A stretch of DNA of 64,000 nucleotides from a plasmid: sequence record NZ_CP012741.1; one strand, 5' to 3'. The stretch's first letter is position 1. Every line of letters starts with the position of its first letter. Under the pieces are notes generated by a model, which saw only the letters and a program-made list of their open reading frames with translations, was not told where the DNA came from and did not search any database. The position numbers and the translations under genes are program-made. Below, one piece after another: positions 19,829 to 30,404 of the stretch.

Positions 19829-21562
19829 TTAATTGCCCGTTGCGCTTTGAAGTCGCTTCTTGATTTCATCAAAGTTAGGGAGTTGGGTGTTGGCGTGCAT
19901 CTCTGGGTAAAACTCTTTAAAGTCGATGTACTCAAAGTTGATTTGTCCCAATTCTTCGGGGGTTATCGCGGCGCAGATAGGGCTTTTTGCACTGCCAAGC
20001 CCCTTGCCTAATTGCCCGATAGACCCTTGCTCTTGAATGATTTTGGCAAGCTTGCTGTCATAGACGCAGTAGCTGCGTTTTTTGCGTGTGCAAACCCCAA
20101 GGACTTTCTTGGCGCAGTATTCCCCGACATAGAGGGTTAATCCTTTCTCTTTGGCCTTGCCTAGTGCCTCTTCGGCTTCGCTGCATTTAGCGCCAAGGTT
20201 TTGTCCCCAGCCCGAGTCTTTGCAACAGTCGTTAAAGCCGGCGAGTTTTTTGTCGCACTTCATGGGTTTACCCGTAAAGATTTGTGGCGGGTCGCCAATG
20301 TCTTTGACGGCTTCGGAAAGCCCCGCTAACGCCGCAACCGATTTATCAAAGTTGCCATTGAGTTTGGGCTCCTCTGTATAACAATCGCCATCAAGACAAA
20401 AAGATTGTTCGCCACATTGCATTTGAGTGGTGCGACACGACTTTTCAAAACAGTTTTTAGTGACTTCTTGCTCAACGCACACGCCATTTTGTTTGAGGCG
20501 ACACTGCGTTTTTACTGTTTCACATTCGCTGGGTAACGACTGGCAGGTATCTGTCATTTGGCATTGATAAAATGATTGGTATTTCCAGCATTCTAATGTC
20601 TCTGGGATGCCATTAATGATGCGGGTTTCCTTTCCTTCAATGCAGGTCTCATGGGTCATATGGCAATTTTTGATTAAGGAGCATTCTGTTTTCCAAGAAA
20701 ACGTATTTTTTATGCAGTTCCCCCCAGATAAAGAGAATCCTTCCTCGCAAGTCAAAATGAGAGGGGTAATATCAATCTCTTGTTTGCATATTTCTAGCCG
20801 CCCTCCATAAGAGCCCCATGTCGCTCGTTCGCCTTGCCTGTAGTAGTTTCCGTCAGAAGCTTTTATCCACTTTGGTCCGATTGGTCTTCTATCAACGCGC
20901 ACACCATTCCAAAAGGAACCTATATTTGACCAGTTTTTACCAACTTCAATGTAGTGGAGGTGGTCGAATTTGCACTGCTCTGTCACAAGCTTGCATTCTC
21001 TACCCTCTCGACTCCATCCCTCGTTACATCCTTCAAAAACAGTGGAAGTTATGACCGTGGCGGACGGCGTTTTGAGGCAGGGGACAGCATTGTTGGTTGG
21101 CATATTGCAGACCCTTGGAGTGCTTTTCTGTAAGCATTGCTGACCCGTATTGCAATCGACGTATTGGTTTGAAATGCCATGGGTAATTTCAAAGGCATTT
21201 TCTTGGCCGAGTAGGGCAAAGCGCAACGCTGGATCGTTTTTGATGTCGGGTCGGCCTTGGTTGAAATTGGCGTTGATGCTTTGCGCTATCTCATCGCTGG
21301 CAAAGGCCGCGCCTTTTTGGGCATTGATGTCACTGTCAGACAGGTTTGCTTCTTTAGGCGCGCGGATATCTCGACGGCAGGTAGCATCGGCACAATACTC
21401 ATCGATATTGAGCGGTAGCGCGTTGGGTGTGAGCGCTTGACTCGCGGTTTGCTTTGCCCAATTGGCGCTGTCGGTAAAAGTTTGTTGGTCGTCGGCGAAC
21501 GCCAAAGTGCAAAACAGGCTGAGCGCGAGCGCAGTCCAAAAATACAGGCGCATAGGAAACAC
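19829..21562 (-). CDS. traN: TraN (F-type), cysteine-rich outer-membrane mating-pair stabilisation protein
   Basis: 577 aa with signal peptide and more than 20 Cys in the C-terminal two-thirds, typical of TraN. Confidence 0.85.
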   Translation of the reverse strand: MFPMRLYFWTALALSLFCTLAFADDQQTFTDSANWAKQTASQALTPNALPLNIDEYCADATCRRDIRAPKEANLSDSDINAQKGAAFASDEIAQSINANFNQGRPDIKNDPALRFALLGQENAFEITHGISNQYVDCNTGQQCLQKSTPRVCNMPTNNAVPCLKTPSATVITSTVFEGCNEGWSREGRECKLVTEQCKFDHLHYIEVGKNWSNIGSFWNGVRVDRRPIGPKWIKASDGNYYRQGERATWGSYGGRLEICKQEIDITPLILTCEEGFSLSGGNCIKNTFSWKTECSLIKNCHMTHETCIEGKETRIINGIPETLECWKYQSFYQCQMTDTCQSLPSECETVKTQCRLKQNGVCVEQEVTKNCFEKSCRTTQMQCGEQSFCLDGDCYTEEPKLNGNFDKSVAALAGLSEAVKDIGDPPQIFTGKPMKCDKKLAGFNDCCKDSGWGQNLGAKCSEAEEALGKAKEKGLTLYVGEYCAKKVLGVCTRKKRSYCVYDSKLAKIIQEQGSIGQLGKGLGSAKSPICAAITPEELGQINFEYIDFKEFYPEMHANTQLPNFDEIKKRLQSATGN

Positions 21563-21589
21563 CTCATTAAACGTAATGGCAAGAAATGG

Positions 21590-22303
21590 CTATTGTGAAT
21601 ACAGGGTGTGCAGTAGGGGGCGAACATTTTGTTGTGCGTCCCCATCAGCGAGGTAATCCAGCGCTTGATAAAGCGAGATGTTACCGTAAAGAATGTCGTA
21701 GTCCGTGGCGGTGCAAGGTCGCTCTGGTAGGCAGCGACCTGGTTTTACTGAGACAAAGGCGGGCACCTTGGTGATACCAAATTGCTTAAACCAATCAGGG
21801 CTGATGGAAAATCCGCTCTTAATGGGAGCCTTGTTGGGGGAGCGTATCAACGACTCGATGCGTTTTGCGGTGGCAGGAAACCCGTCTGGTAAGACGCCGC
21901 GTATCACAAGAGGGACTCCGAGATGTTCGCTTTGCATTAAGAGCTGTTTGAGCGCGTTCTCTGGCATGGTCAACGACACAAAGACCATCACCCCTTTGGG
22001 CGCTTGGTCTGGATTGCGTGTTGGTTTTTGAATGCCGAGCAAGGGAGAGAGACTTTCTTCTTTCACTAGGGCTTGGATTTTGCGGCTGGCATCAAGCGCC
22101 TCCTGTTGATAGGCTCTGGCTTGATTTTGCACTTGGTCAATTCGAAACGAATGCGTTGCGCTGCTTTGTTGGCTGAGTTCTTGCTCAAGCTTGGCAAAGG
22201 CTTTGAGTTCTTCTTCTGTATAAGCCTGGCTTGGCAGTGAAACAACCAAGCACAGAAAAAGGAGAGAGCGCCAAAGGGCGCTCTCAAACGATGGTGCTTT
22301 CAT
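21590..22303 (-). CDS. trbC: TrbC (F-type)
   Basis: Internal start MKAPSFESALWRSLLFLCLVVSLPSQA (signal peptide). Sits between traU and traN. Confidence 0.75.
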   Translation of the reverse strand: MKAPSFESALWRSLLFLCLVVSLPSQAYTEEELKAFAKLEQELSQQSSATHSFRIDQVQNQARAYQQEALDASRKIQALVKEESLSPLLGIQKPTRNPDQAPKGVMVFVSLTMPENALKQLLMQSEHLGVPLVIRGVLPDGFPATAKRIESLIRSPNKAPIKSGFSISPDWFKQFGITKVPAFVSVKPGRCLPERPCTATDYDILYGNISLYQALDYLADGDAQQNVRPLLHTLYSQ

Positions 22304-22559
22304 GCTGACCTCTTCGCTATGGACGTTTGAAGGGTGGATAGAGAGTGTGAGCGTCTTGAAAACTGATTGAACACACCTTGCGGGCATTGAGCTCTTTGTA
22401 AAATGAGAACGGAAAGCTCATCAGTGGAAAACTGCAATAGATATGCTTGTGATTGGCGATATCTGTCTTTAAAAAGTCTTCGAGAGAGCTCAAGTTGCTG
22501 GCAATAAAGAGTTCTGACTCGCCTTGTCTTGTTGGTGATGAAAAAGTCATGATTGCCTC

Positions 22560-23570
22560 TTACAAAAATACACAGTTACGTTTTCGCCACTGAACAAAAC
22601 CAAAGTTATCTCCGGTGACGGGGTTGTCGTGTCCTGCTTCCCACAAGGTGGTGGTGGTCGTATAAGGGTGGCACCATGCCGCGTCAGGGATGGGTGACGA
22701 CATTTGATAGCGGTAGCGGGATTTTGGCAAAATGGGATCTGGATATTGATAACAAATCGCCCCATCTTCACCGCGCGTTTCCCAGACGATGCCTTGCCTG
22801 TGAAGCTTGTAGTTCAGCTTTTCCATCAACAGCGTTGCCGCTTGAATAGGTGTATCCCGATAGTTTGTTGTGCCCGTCAGGGGATAGGCACTGCCTTGTG
22901 ATCCCAAGCACCAAAAGAGCGCATCGATAGGGAGGACAAGGTTCGTCGAGGTGAGCATGGCTTCTGGAACACAAGCGAGCTGTGCAATCAAGTTACCAAA
23001 AAGTAAGGCTTCTGGGTTGAGAATGAGCGACAGTTCATCATCATCCCAAAGTGGATCGATTTCGGTCATATAAGCGACATCAAAATTGTCGGTAGCCATA
23101 CAAGCCGTGGATTGCATCAACTGTAACCAGTAAATGACGGGGTATTTGTACCAATGGGCATGATAAAAGCCGCCGTCACTGCTGTCATTGTCGCGAGCGG
23201 TCACTCGTCCACCCACTCGCTGACTGTTTGCCCCTGACATCTGTGTGCCCATGTTGACCATGCAATAAGGAACGCGGGTAATGTCCGTTAAAGCGTAGGG
23301 CTCCCAATAACCAATATTGACCCCGATTTGCACAAAGACCGGTGGGGGCTTTGGACAATAAGAAATCGGTGAAGCGGGGTTATTGGTGTCGGGGTATTTT
23401 GAGGGCATGACGGTGGCCGAGCCGATGGTCATTGGAAACAAGCAATCCCAACAAATGTCTGTAATGGGGTTGATAAATCGGCTTTTGCACGCTGCGCTGT
23501 CAGCTAAGGTGGGTGGCGCAATAAACATCAACAAGCAGCACAGTAGTAAAGGAAAGTATCGCTGTCTCAT
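22560..23570 (-). CDS. traU: TraU (F-type)
   Basis: 336 aa with signal peptide and a Cys-rich N-terminus (CKSRFINPITDICWDCLFPM), as in F TraU. Confidence 0.9.
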   Translation of the reverse strand: MRQRYFPLLLCCLLMFIAPPTLADSAACKSRFINPITDICWDCLFPMTIGSATVMPSKYPDTNNPASPISYCPKPPPVFVQIGVNIGYWEPYALTDITRVPYCMVNMGTQMSGANSQRVGGRVTARDNDSSDGGFYHAHWYKYPVIYWLQLMQSTACMATDNFDVAYMTEIDPLWDDDELSLILNPEALLFGNLIAQLACVPEAMLTSTNLVLPIDALFWCLGSQGSAYPLTGTTNYRDTPIQAATLLMEKLNYKLHRQGIVWETRGEDGAICYQYPDPILPKSRYRYQMSSPIPDAAWCHPYTTTTTLWEAGHDNPVTGDNFGFVQWRKRNCVFL

Positions 23571-24265
23571 GGCTCAATCTCCAACGGTGGTAAACCAGAT
23601 ACATCCACTTCATCGATGCGCCAGCGCGTACCTTCTTGATAAGCAATGGCGGGGACGTGAGTGATGCTGAGCCTTTCGGTTAAAAAACCGTCTTGTGCAA
23701 AGTATATTCTGGCATCGAGTAAGGTTGCCATTTGGTTTGGGCTACCTCCGGTCAGTATCCACTTTATTGGTTTGGGGTTTTGGTACTGGCTGGCAAAGCG
23801 CCTTTGCTGTGCATCTCTTGCATCAAAAAAGACCAGCACTTTGCTGAGTTCAAATCGAGGTAAAACGTCTTTTCCATCGACCTTTGGCCACGTTCGGCTG
23901 TCAAAGGGATTGACCTTAGTGCCCGCTTTGGCAATGACTTGACCTGTTGCGGGGATAATGATGTCTTTCGGGATGGTGATGCTTGGGTCAGCGTAAAAGG
24001 TGCGAGGGTTGGTCGTGGTGGTTAACCCTTCAACCGGTGGCGGGTTTTCAATGCTTTTTTTAACTCGCTCGGTAAACTCCTCTTGCATATCAGCCAGTTT
24101 GCCATTGGCTTCAAATTGTCTCAGCCTGTGGTCAATCCATTCAAGCATGTCAATTTCACCGATAGGAAAGACAGGGGCGACTTGCCCCAACTCTTTTCCG
24201 TAAGCATTAACAGTGACCATACCTGTGACGACGATGAAAGGCAGCGAGCTAAGCGCTCGCGCCAA
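23567..24265 (-). CDS. traW: TraW (F-type); start codon uncertain, probably TTG
   Basis: Signal-peptide-like ARALSSLPFIVVTGMVTVNA|YGKELG, then the EIDMLEWIDHRL region as in F TraW. No in-frame ATG upstream of the signal peptide that avoids a long overlap with traC. Confidence 0.65.
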   Translation of the reverse strand: MARALSSLPFIVVTGMVTVNAYGKELGQVAPVFPIGEIDMLEWIDHRLRQFEANGKLADMQEEFTERVKKSIENPPPVEGLTTTTNPRTFYADPSITIPKDIIIPATGQVIAKAGTKVNPFDSRTWPKVDGKDVLPRFELSKVLVFFDARDAQQRRFASQYQNPKPIKWILTGGSPNQMATLLDARIYFAQDGFLTERLSITHVPAIAYQEGTRWRIDEVDVSGLPPLEIEP

Positions 24266-26801
24266 TCGCTTGTTTAAAGGCTTCGATTTCTTTGCCGTAG
24301 AAGTGCATGGACGTCTGTTCGATGGCCTCTTCCAGAGCCATGCCTTGTTTGTAAAGATTTTCACAGTATTCAAACTCCTTGGGCTCGGTTGAAAACATGG
24401 CCCGTTTGACGGGGGAAGCAAAAAAGCGGTGATAGGTTACGTGACCGCCGGCTTTGATGCGTGCACAGCTGTATCCCGCGGTGGAGGACTTATCAAAACT
24501 TTTGATGATGCGTTGCTCATAAGGGCTGAACGCGGATGGGTTTTGCGCTAGGTATTTATCAAACCCTTCCCCTTGGCGAAGAATGATGTGGATATCAGAG
24601 TTGTTGTAACAGGCTTTCGCCTCCTCACTACTAAAGAAGTCCTCTATCCCTTGAGTGACCGTACAGAAAGCCCCTCCGAACTTACGGGCGGTGCGATAGC
24701 CTGTGTTGATGAACTCACGGGCTTGCTCGTTTGCCCCAGACAGTAAGCTCCACGCCTCTTCAATGATGCACAGCTTCGGTGTTGAGCGAGAGCCTGATAG
24801 GTACATTTGCTGATTGATAGACACCATCAGGGCGAAAATTACCGGACGAAGTACCGCTGGCGGGAAGCCATCTAACTCTAGGGTGGTGATCTCCACTTTA
24901 GGATCGAGCATTGACGGTTTGTTAAACACCTCTTTATACATTCCATCACTACAGAATTTTTTCAGTTGCACCGCAATGTCTTTAATGCGCCGGTCGGAAT
25001 CGATCCCAGCAATCTCAATCAAGGCATCTCTGACATCGTCCACTAACGCTTGATTACCTTTTCGCTCCCACGCCGTAACGATGGCGTCGCCAAGCACGCT
25101 TTGCTGAAACGCCGTTAGTGGGGCATAAGGGGAGGCGATGGTGGCAAAGAGTGCGGTGATGTTGTCGAGTGCTTCCATCATAGGGTCAACGGCGTGGCCG
25201 TCATCATCAACAAACTCAAACTCTGCACTTTGTATCGAGCCCAAATGCGTGAAGGGATTTAAAAAGATATTGGCGTGCGTCATGTAAGTGCCGCCGAGGC
25301 TTAACGTCAGCTTTTTGTAACTGGAGCCTTTATCGAGTATCCACACTTTACCGCCCATGGCGTAGATGACTTCTGCCATTTCCTGAACAAAAAAGCTCTT
25401 TCCTGCCCCAGAGCCTCCGGTGAGTGCAATGTTTTGGTTGTCACTGCCACAGGTAAAGGGATTAAAGAACGAGATTTGCTGGCGCATGGTCGGAAGGAGT
25501 ACCCCTCCTTTGAGTTGGCAAAAATCCATGATGAGCGGCAAGAAGTTCACCAGGTTGGAGCTTTTTAATGTGCGCACTCGACCGGCTTTTTTACAATCTT
25601 GCCATAAGCCTTCACTCATCATAAAAGGCAGTGTTGAGAGCAGGGCTTGTGGCTGATTCATTTTCAGCGGGATGATATCGAGTCCCGCATTACTGAACGA
25701 CTCTTTCGCCGCTTGTGTGTCTTTCTTTTGGTTGTCCTTGTCGGTAAAGAGGGTCACGGTCAGTACCATTGACGCAATGGTAAACTCTTTTGAGAGCAAT
25801 CCCTTTTGCAGAGCTTTGCGCTCTTTGAGTTCATCTTCGGCCGTCGGTGCGAGCAGCGCCATTTGGCTGTTCACGGTTTTGTTGAGATCTTTAATTTTGT
25901 TGTCGTTGTCGGCGTTTTGTTTACCGGTTGGCTCATTGCGAAAATTCAGCGTGACTCGGTACGGACATGTAATGTTACGTGACACGTTGCGAATAGAGGA
26001 AAATGCCTCTGGTAGCGCATAGAGTCGATAATCCCCTGGCAACCTTGACAGGCCCATGTTCACTATCTGGGTTTGAACTTCTTTTCCTTGGTGGTTGGTA
26101 TGCCGAGTGGCAATATGACCGCGATAGGTGAGCGCTTCTGTGTCGGGTGATAACGCTTGTAGGTTTAACGGCTCTAAGGGGTTATAACTTTTTTCCATTG
26201 GGCGGTCTTGCCGCTTATCAAAGTTCAAAATGTCGCCCACACTGGTGAGCAACATTTCTGGGGTAACGGGCAGTAAATCAAACCCAAGTTGCGCCAGTCC
26301 TGTTTCAAGTGTGAGGCGCGCATCGAGAAGCTCTTGTGGATCTTTTTCCGTGGTGGAGACAAAAAAGAACGCATCATGATCGCGCAGGTCGAAACGATTG
26401 TTTTTTTGTCGATGCAAAAAGCCATGCTGCGCGGCATAGTGCGCGTAAATGGCATCGTCATTGGCCATCTTTTGACAAATTCCCCCGCGCTGACTGAGTT
26501 GGGCTTGATTCCCCTCTAAGTAGTGCGCAACACGGTTATGGCCAAACAGTTGTACTTGATAATCCCATTTGTCACCTTCGGGTAAATCACCAATAAGGTG
26601 GCTAAGTGACTGAATAAGATCATCATTAGCACCGCCTAGAACGCTGAGTTTAAAGCCAAACCCACGAGAATGTGTGTTTTCAAAGACGCGTTCAATGGGG
26701 TCATAGTCTCGATAGGGCAATTCATGGTGGAGGTGGTTTTGGGCGCGTTTCGCCTCTTGGAATAAGGCAGAAAGGCCACTGCTAGTACGTGAAAGCATCA
26801 T
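24249..26801 (-). CDS. traC: TraC (VirB4-family conjugative ATPase)
   Basis: 850 aa with Walker A GGSGAGKSF and Walker B regions. In F order between traV and traW. Confidence 0.9.
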   Translation of the reverse strand: MMLSRTSSGLSALFQEAKRAQNHLHHELPYRDYDPIERVFENTHSRGFGFKLSVLGGANDDLIQSLSHLIGDLPEGDKWDYQVQLFGHNRVAHYLEGNQAQLSQRGGICQKMANDDAIYAHYAAQHGFLHRQKNNRFDLRDHDAFFFVSTTEKDPQELLDARLTLETGLAQLGFDLLPVTPEMLLTSVGDILNFDKRQDRPMEKSYNPLEPLNLQALSPDTEALTYRGHIATRHTNHQGKEVQTQIVNMGLSRLPGDYRLYALPEAFSSIRNVSRNITCPYRVTLNFRNEPTGKQNADNDNKIKDLNKTVNSQMALLAPTAEDELKERKALQKGLLSKEFTIASMVLTVTLFTDKDNQKKDTQAAKESFSNAGLDIIPLKMNQPQALLSTLPFMMSEGLWQDCKKAGRVRTLKSSNLVNFLPLIMDFCQLKGGVLLPTMRQQISFFNPFTCGSDNQNIALTGGSGAGKSFFVQEMAEVIYAMGGKVWILDKGSSYKKLTLSLGGTYMTHANIFLNPFTHLGSIQSAEFEFVDDDGHAVDPMMEALDNITALFATIASPYAPLTAFQQSVLGDAIVTAWERKGNQALVDDVRDALIEIAGIDSDRRIKDIAVQLKKFCSDGMYKEVFNKPSMLDPKVEITTLELDGFPPAVLRPVIFALMVSINQQMYLSGSRSTPKLCIIEEAWSLLSGANEQAREFINTGYRTARKFGGAFCTVTQGIEDFFSSEEAKACYNNSDIHIILRQGEGFDKYLAQNPSAFSPYEQRIIKSFDKSSTAGYSCARIKAGGHVTYHRFFASPVKRAMFSTEPKEFEYCENLYKQGMALEEAIEQTSMHFYGKEIEAFKQAIGASA

Positions 26802-26810
26802 AGCTCCTTA

Positions 26811-27203
26811 TTAATCTTTCCAAATGGCACGCGCTGGTCGCCCAGACCAACGCCCTTCGTCCAAGATGAAATACACATCCATGGTATCGATGTAATGGTT
26901 CTCTTTATCGATGAACGGGAAGATGGTGAGTTTTTTGACCTCTTCTTGACTTCGCTGTGGCTCTCCATCTCGGTTTCGCCTTGGCAGTAGGGTGAACGCG
27001 GTAGGGGGAGCCGTTCTTGCCTGGTTGGTTATCGTGGCACTATCACCCGTGTAACCGTACAAGTTGTCTCGCACCTCGTTCATGGTGACACAACCTGAAA
27101 CACCCCCGACTTTGTCGCAACTGTATTCGCTGTCAAAGCCAGCGCTACAGCCAGTTAGACCGAATAATGCAAAAAATAAGTAAGATAAAAGTTTCAATCT
27201 CAT
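26811..27203 (-). CDS. traV: TraV lipoprotein
   Basis: 130 aa with lipobox LTGCSAG and a Cys-containing mature region. Confidence 0.8.
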   Translation of the reverse strand: MRLKLLSYLFFALFGLTGCSAGFDSEYSCDKVGGVSGCVTMNEVRDNLYGYTGDSATITNQARTAPPTAFTLLPRRNRDGEPQRSQEEVKKLTIFPFIDKENHYIDTMDVYFILDEGRWSGRPARAIWKD

Positions 27204-27208
27204 GATGG

Positions 27209-28741
27209 TTATTCCTCGCGCCCAAAGCCCACGCTATTTAGCCCTTGTTGGGTGAGCTTTTGTGCTAATGGGTTGATGGGGGCAGTTTGGTTAACTTGGG
27301 GTAGCGCTGGCGCATTGGTGATGACATCAAGTATCTGATTGGTACTGGAGACTTGTTCGCGCTGTGCTTGAATGCGCGTTTCGTATTCTTCGGCCAGGAG
27401 TGGGTCAAGCGGAAACCCTTCTAAAAAGACAATGTTCACGACTGCGCCTGGATTGACTTCGACAATGGGGTGATAAAGTTCAGCAAGCTTGATGTAGTAG
27501 TCAGCAAGCTTACTGCCCACACTTTCTGTTGCGCCGCCAAGTAGGCTTAATCCGACCTTATCAGCATCCACACTTTGACTTGGTCCAAGTGCGGTTGGTG
27601 TGGTGGTTTGTGCCAGCGCCTTGCCCGCGTCCCCTAAACCTTCCAAGATGCCTGCAATGCCCGCCATTTGAACAATTTTGCCGTTTTTCAAAATGGTGGT
27701 GCCTCGGATGCCGTTACGGCCAAAGTTAAACACGGTGGCATTAACGGGGATGTCTAAGATATCGCCATTGTCTTGAATGCAGCTCATACGGTTCGTTCGT
27801 GCAACCCCGCGACTGGATGAAATTTCACCGTAGACGGCCCCTGTAATCGTGCAGTTGTCCAGCTTGGACTTTTTACCATTGGGTAAAATGCCTTGATTGA
27901 CGGTTTGAAAAACAATGGGTGAGGTATCCCCTTGGCCAGATACGCCCGCATTCGCATCAGCGCCGCCTGTCACTACGGCGGTAACAAAGGTGCCTGTTGG
28001 GACATAATTATCGGTTGTTCGACGGGATTTTTTCTCATCGATGCTGGCTTGCCAATGAAATTCAAAGCTATCAAACGCATCACCGCTAAAGGCGACGTCA
28101 TCTTGTCTTTGGTAGGTGAACTCATTGATATTGCTCGCATCCACATTGTTATCAATGCTCGCCCTTGGTGGCAGACGATATTGTCCAAAGGTATCGCCCT
28201 GGGCGGAATTTGCAGTGCTTTGGTGGCTTTGCGCATTGAGGCTTTCGGTAAGCTGTGTCTCAAGTTGGGCTTTAAGTGCCTCAATCTCATCGAGCTTTTG
28301 CTGCATCTGCTGCTCTAGTCCGGCGTACTGCGACTCTTGATTGCGCTTAGAGGTGGTTTTGATGTTTTCTAGTTCAGACTGTAAGCTCTCACCAAAACGA
28401 TTGAGCGTGCCTTCAAACTTGGTAAGGCTTTGCTCAAGTTGATTGATTTTATCTTGTTGAAAGGTGAGGGCAGATTGGTTGTCTTTATCGGTGAAGTCAT
28501 CGGTCACAATAGCACCAAAACCGACTGTTTCATGTTGGGCTTCTTGAGGCTCAGCCGGTAAGGTGAATCGCCAAACCGCAAAGGCAATCACGCTAACGAC
28601 CGTCAGAGCAACAAACGTGATGCTGCGGTTGCGCTTTTGTGTTGCCGCATTCACCTCACCCCCCTCTTCAAAGTCGCCATCGGTGTCTTTAAAAAACCGT
28701 TTCTTAAACCCTTCCAAGCGGTGTCTTTGTTTATCGAACAT
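27209..28741 (-). CDS. traB: TraB (VirB10-like)
   Basis: True start MFDKQRHRLEG at 28741 overlaps the traK stop. TM anchor FVALTVVSVIAFAVW, coiled-coil, and a conserved C-terminal VirB10 domain. Confidence 0.85.
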   Translation of the reverse strand: MFDKQRHRLEGFKKRFFKDTDGDFEEGGEVNAATQKRNRSITFVALTVVSVIAFAVWRFTLPAEPQEAQHETVGFGAIVTDDFTDKDNQSALTFQQDKINQLEQSLTKFEGTLNRFGESLQSELENIKTTSKRNQESQYAGLEQQMQQKLDEIEALKAQLETQLTESLNAQSHQSTANSAQGDTFGQYRLPPRASIDNNVDASNINEFTYQRQDDVAFSGDAFDSFEFHWQASIDEKKSRRTTDNYVPTGTFVTAVVTGGADANAGVSGQGDTSPIVFQTVNQGILPNGKKSKLDNCTITGAVYGEISSSRGVARTNRMSCIQDNGDILDIPVNATVFNFGRNGIRGTTILKNGKIVQMAGIAGILEGLGDAGKALAQTTTPTALGPSQSVDADKVGLSLLGGATESVGSKLADYYIKLAELYHPIVEVNPGAVVNIVFLEGFPLDPLLAEEYETRIQAQREQVSSTNQILDVITNAPALPQVNQTAPINPLAQKLTQQGLNSVGFGREE

Positions 28742-29540
28742 GGGCGGCACCTCCTCCAGTAATGAGATAGAGCGTCGTGGTTTGTCCTGGTGCCAAGTGG
28801 TAGGCATCGAGCGCGGCTGAACGAGCTGAATCGCTGTAGAACTGCGCTGTGGTAAGCGCCATCTCTTGGTTGCCTTGGTTTTTGAGCTGGTAAATGACGC
28901 CAGAGTAATCGCTGCCAACAAAGACGGTTTGAGGGATGATGGCCAGTTTGGCTTCATCCTTTGGCAGCGTGTTTGGATCGACATCGTGGCGTTTAAAGCC
29001 CGCAATGGGTGAGCCATCATGAACAAAGCGCATCATCGATTTAGTGAGTGCTGTCATGGCTGCGGGATAATCTGCTGCCAGTGCTATGGGGCTTTTTTGC
29101 TCTTTGTAACTCTCAGACCAGACAAACTCAGTGACAAGAGCTGGTGTGGATTTTGGCGTAATAAACAAGGCAAATAAGCGTCCTTTTTCCGTGGTAAGGT
29201 GCGCGGTAAACGGCAAGGCGATGTTGATTTTTAAGGTAATAGAGCCAGAGGCGTCTTTTTGGTTGCCTGATGAGGTACAAAACCCTTTGGGGCAGACAAT
29301 CGAAAGGATGCGGTCATTTTTAACCACTAATCGGTTGATATTAATCGAAGAGAGTGCCAAGGGTATGGTGTCACCTTCATTAAACTCATAGCTGACTTTG
29401 CCCACGTTCTGCGCCATGGCAAATGGCGCGATAAAAAACGCTAATACCAAGGTGATTGAAGCAAGATAGCCACGCCATCTTGGTTGTGGGGGTAATGATT
29501 GCTTATGGAGATTCATCGTTCTTGACCTCGACTTCTTCAA
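28731..29540 (-). CDS. traK: TraK (VirB9-like secretin-type)
   Basis: 269 aa with signal peptide. Position matches F traK. Confidence 0.8.
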   Translation of the reverse strand: MKKSRSRTMNLHKQSLPPQPRWRGYLASITLVLAFFIAPFAMAQNVGKVSYEFNEGDTIPLALSSININRLVVKNDRILSIVCPKGFCTSSGNQKDASGSITLKINIALPFTAHLTTEKGRLFALFITPKSTPALVTEFVWSESYKEQKSPIALAADYPAAMTALTKSMMRFVHDGSPIAGFKRHDVDPNTLPKDEAKLAIIPQTVFVGSDYSGVIYQLKNQGNQEMALTTAQFYSDSARSAALDAYHLAPGQTTTLYLITGGGAAHVR

Positions 29541-30078
29541 TGGAGAGTAAGCCTATTGAGCCTTGCTCATAGCTAAAGCTCACTTGATACCATTTCATTT
29601 CAGGCTCTAAAGCGCGCCGTCCCACGTACTTTTGCAGTTTGCCGTAGAGCTGCACTTGGAGGGTATCGAGCGAAATGCGGATAGACTCGACAGAAAATTG
29701 ACTGCTGATGTTGTCTTTTTTAATCACCGTTGCTTCACGCAGTAGCTTAGGTTGCACACTATGCCAGCTTTGTGCATCGACATACTCAAGAAACTGTCCA
29801 AACTGGCGAGAGACGTTTGCGGGGGTAACGTTGAGTTTTAGGTAGAGTAGATAATCGGCCATCTGCTCAAGGTAAGGCTCATCGACTGCGCCGTCAGAAA
29901 CCGTAAAGGCTTTTGAAATAGTTGGTGGGATGAGTGTACGGCTTTGATGGGTTAGGGCTCGATAACTGGTGTAACCCAATACCAGGTTGGTGATAAGCAT
30001 AGCAAGAAAGCCTGCCACTAATAAGAAGTTGAGCAGGCTTTTGATGGCTAACCTATCCCGCTTAATATACGGGTCCAT
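29503..30078 (-). CDS. traE: TraE
   Basis: Start MDPYIKRDRLAIKSLLNFLLVAGFLAMLI with a single N-terminal TM. About 190 aa, as for F TraE. Confidence 0.8.
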   Translation of the reverse strand: MDPYIKRDRLAIKSLLNFLLVAGFLAMLITNLVLGYTSYRALTHQSRTLIPPTISKAFTVSDGAVDEPYLEQMADYLLYLKLNVTPANVSRQFGQFLEYVDAQSWHSVQPKLLREATVIKKDNISSQFSVESIRISLDTLQVQLYGKLQKYVGRRALEPEMKWYQVSFSYEQGSIGLLSIEEVEVKNDESP

Positions 30079-30092
30079 AAAGGTTAGGCTCC

Positions 30093-30395
30093 TTAAAAAA
30101 TCCAATACCTCCGACAAGCGGAGGGGGTGCGTTTAAAGAAAGTGGGGCTGACAAAGGAAGCGCCCCACCAATAAAGGGACAAAATGATGATGTTGTCACC
30201 GTATTGCGCTTTGATGTAGCGTAGCCCCCCAAACCAGCCTAGTGATAAAGCGAGCCCTATCATCTCGTGTTTGAGCCAAAATGAGAGCCCGAAGATGATC
30301 AAAGCCGGTGCGATTTCATCGGCTGGGAAGCCGAGTAACCGGCGTCCCTTATTCATGTGTTTGGGGATAGAGAAAAACTGATGAGGGTCTTCCAT
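30093..30395 (-). CDS. traL: TraL
   Basis: 100 aa, hydrophobic, with a C-terminal ...SACRRYWIF resembling F TraL ...DSCLRHWIK. Confidence 0.8.
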   Translation of the reverse strand: MEDPHQFFSIPKHMNKGRRLLGFPADEIAPALIIFGLSFWLKHEMIGLALSLGWFGGLRYIKAQYGDNIIILSLYWWGASFVSPTFFKRTPSACRRYWIF

Positions 30396-30404
30396 GGCGA
30401 TGCC

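Noticed and set aside
27209-29026. Long 605-aa version of TraB starting at 29026
   Set aside because: The first 95 codons overlap traK in another frame. The conserved TraB N-terminus begins at MFDKQRH (28741).
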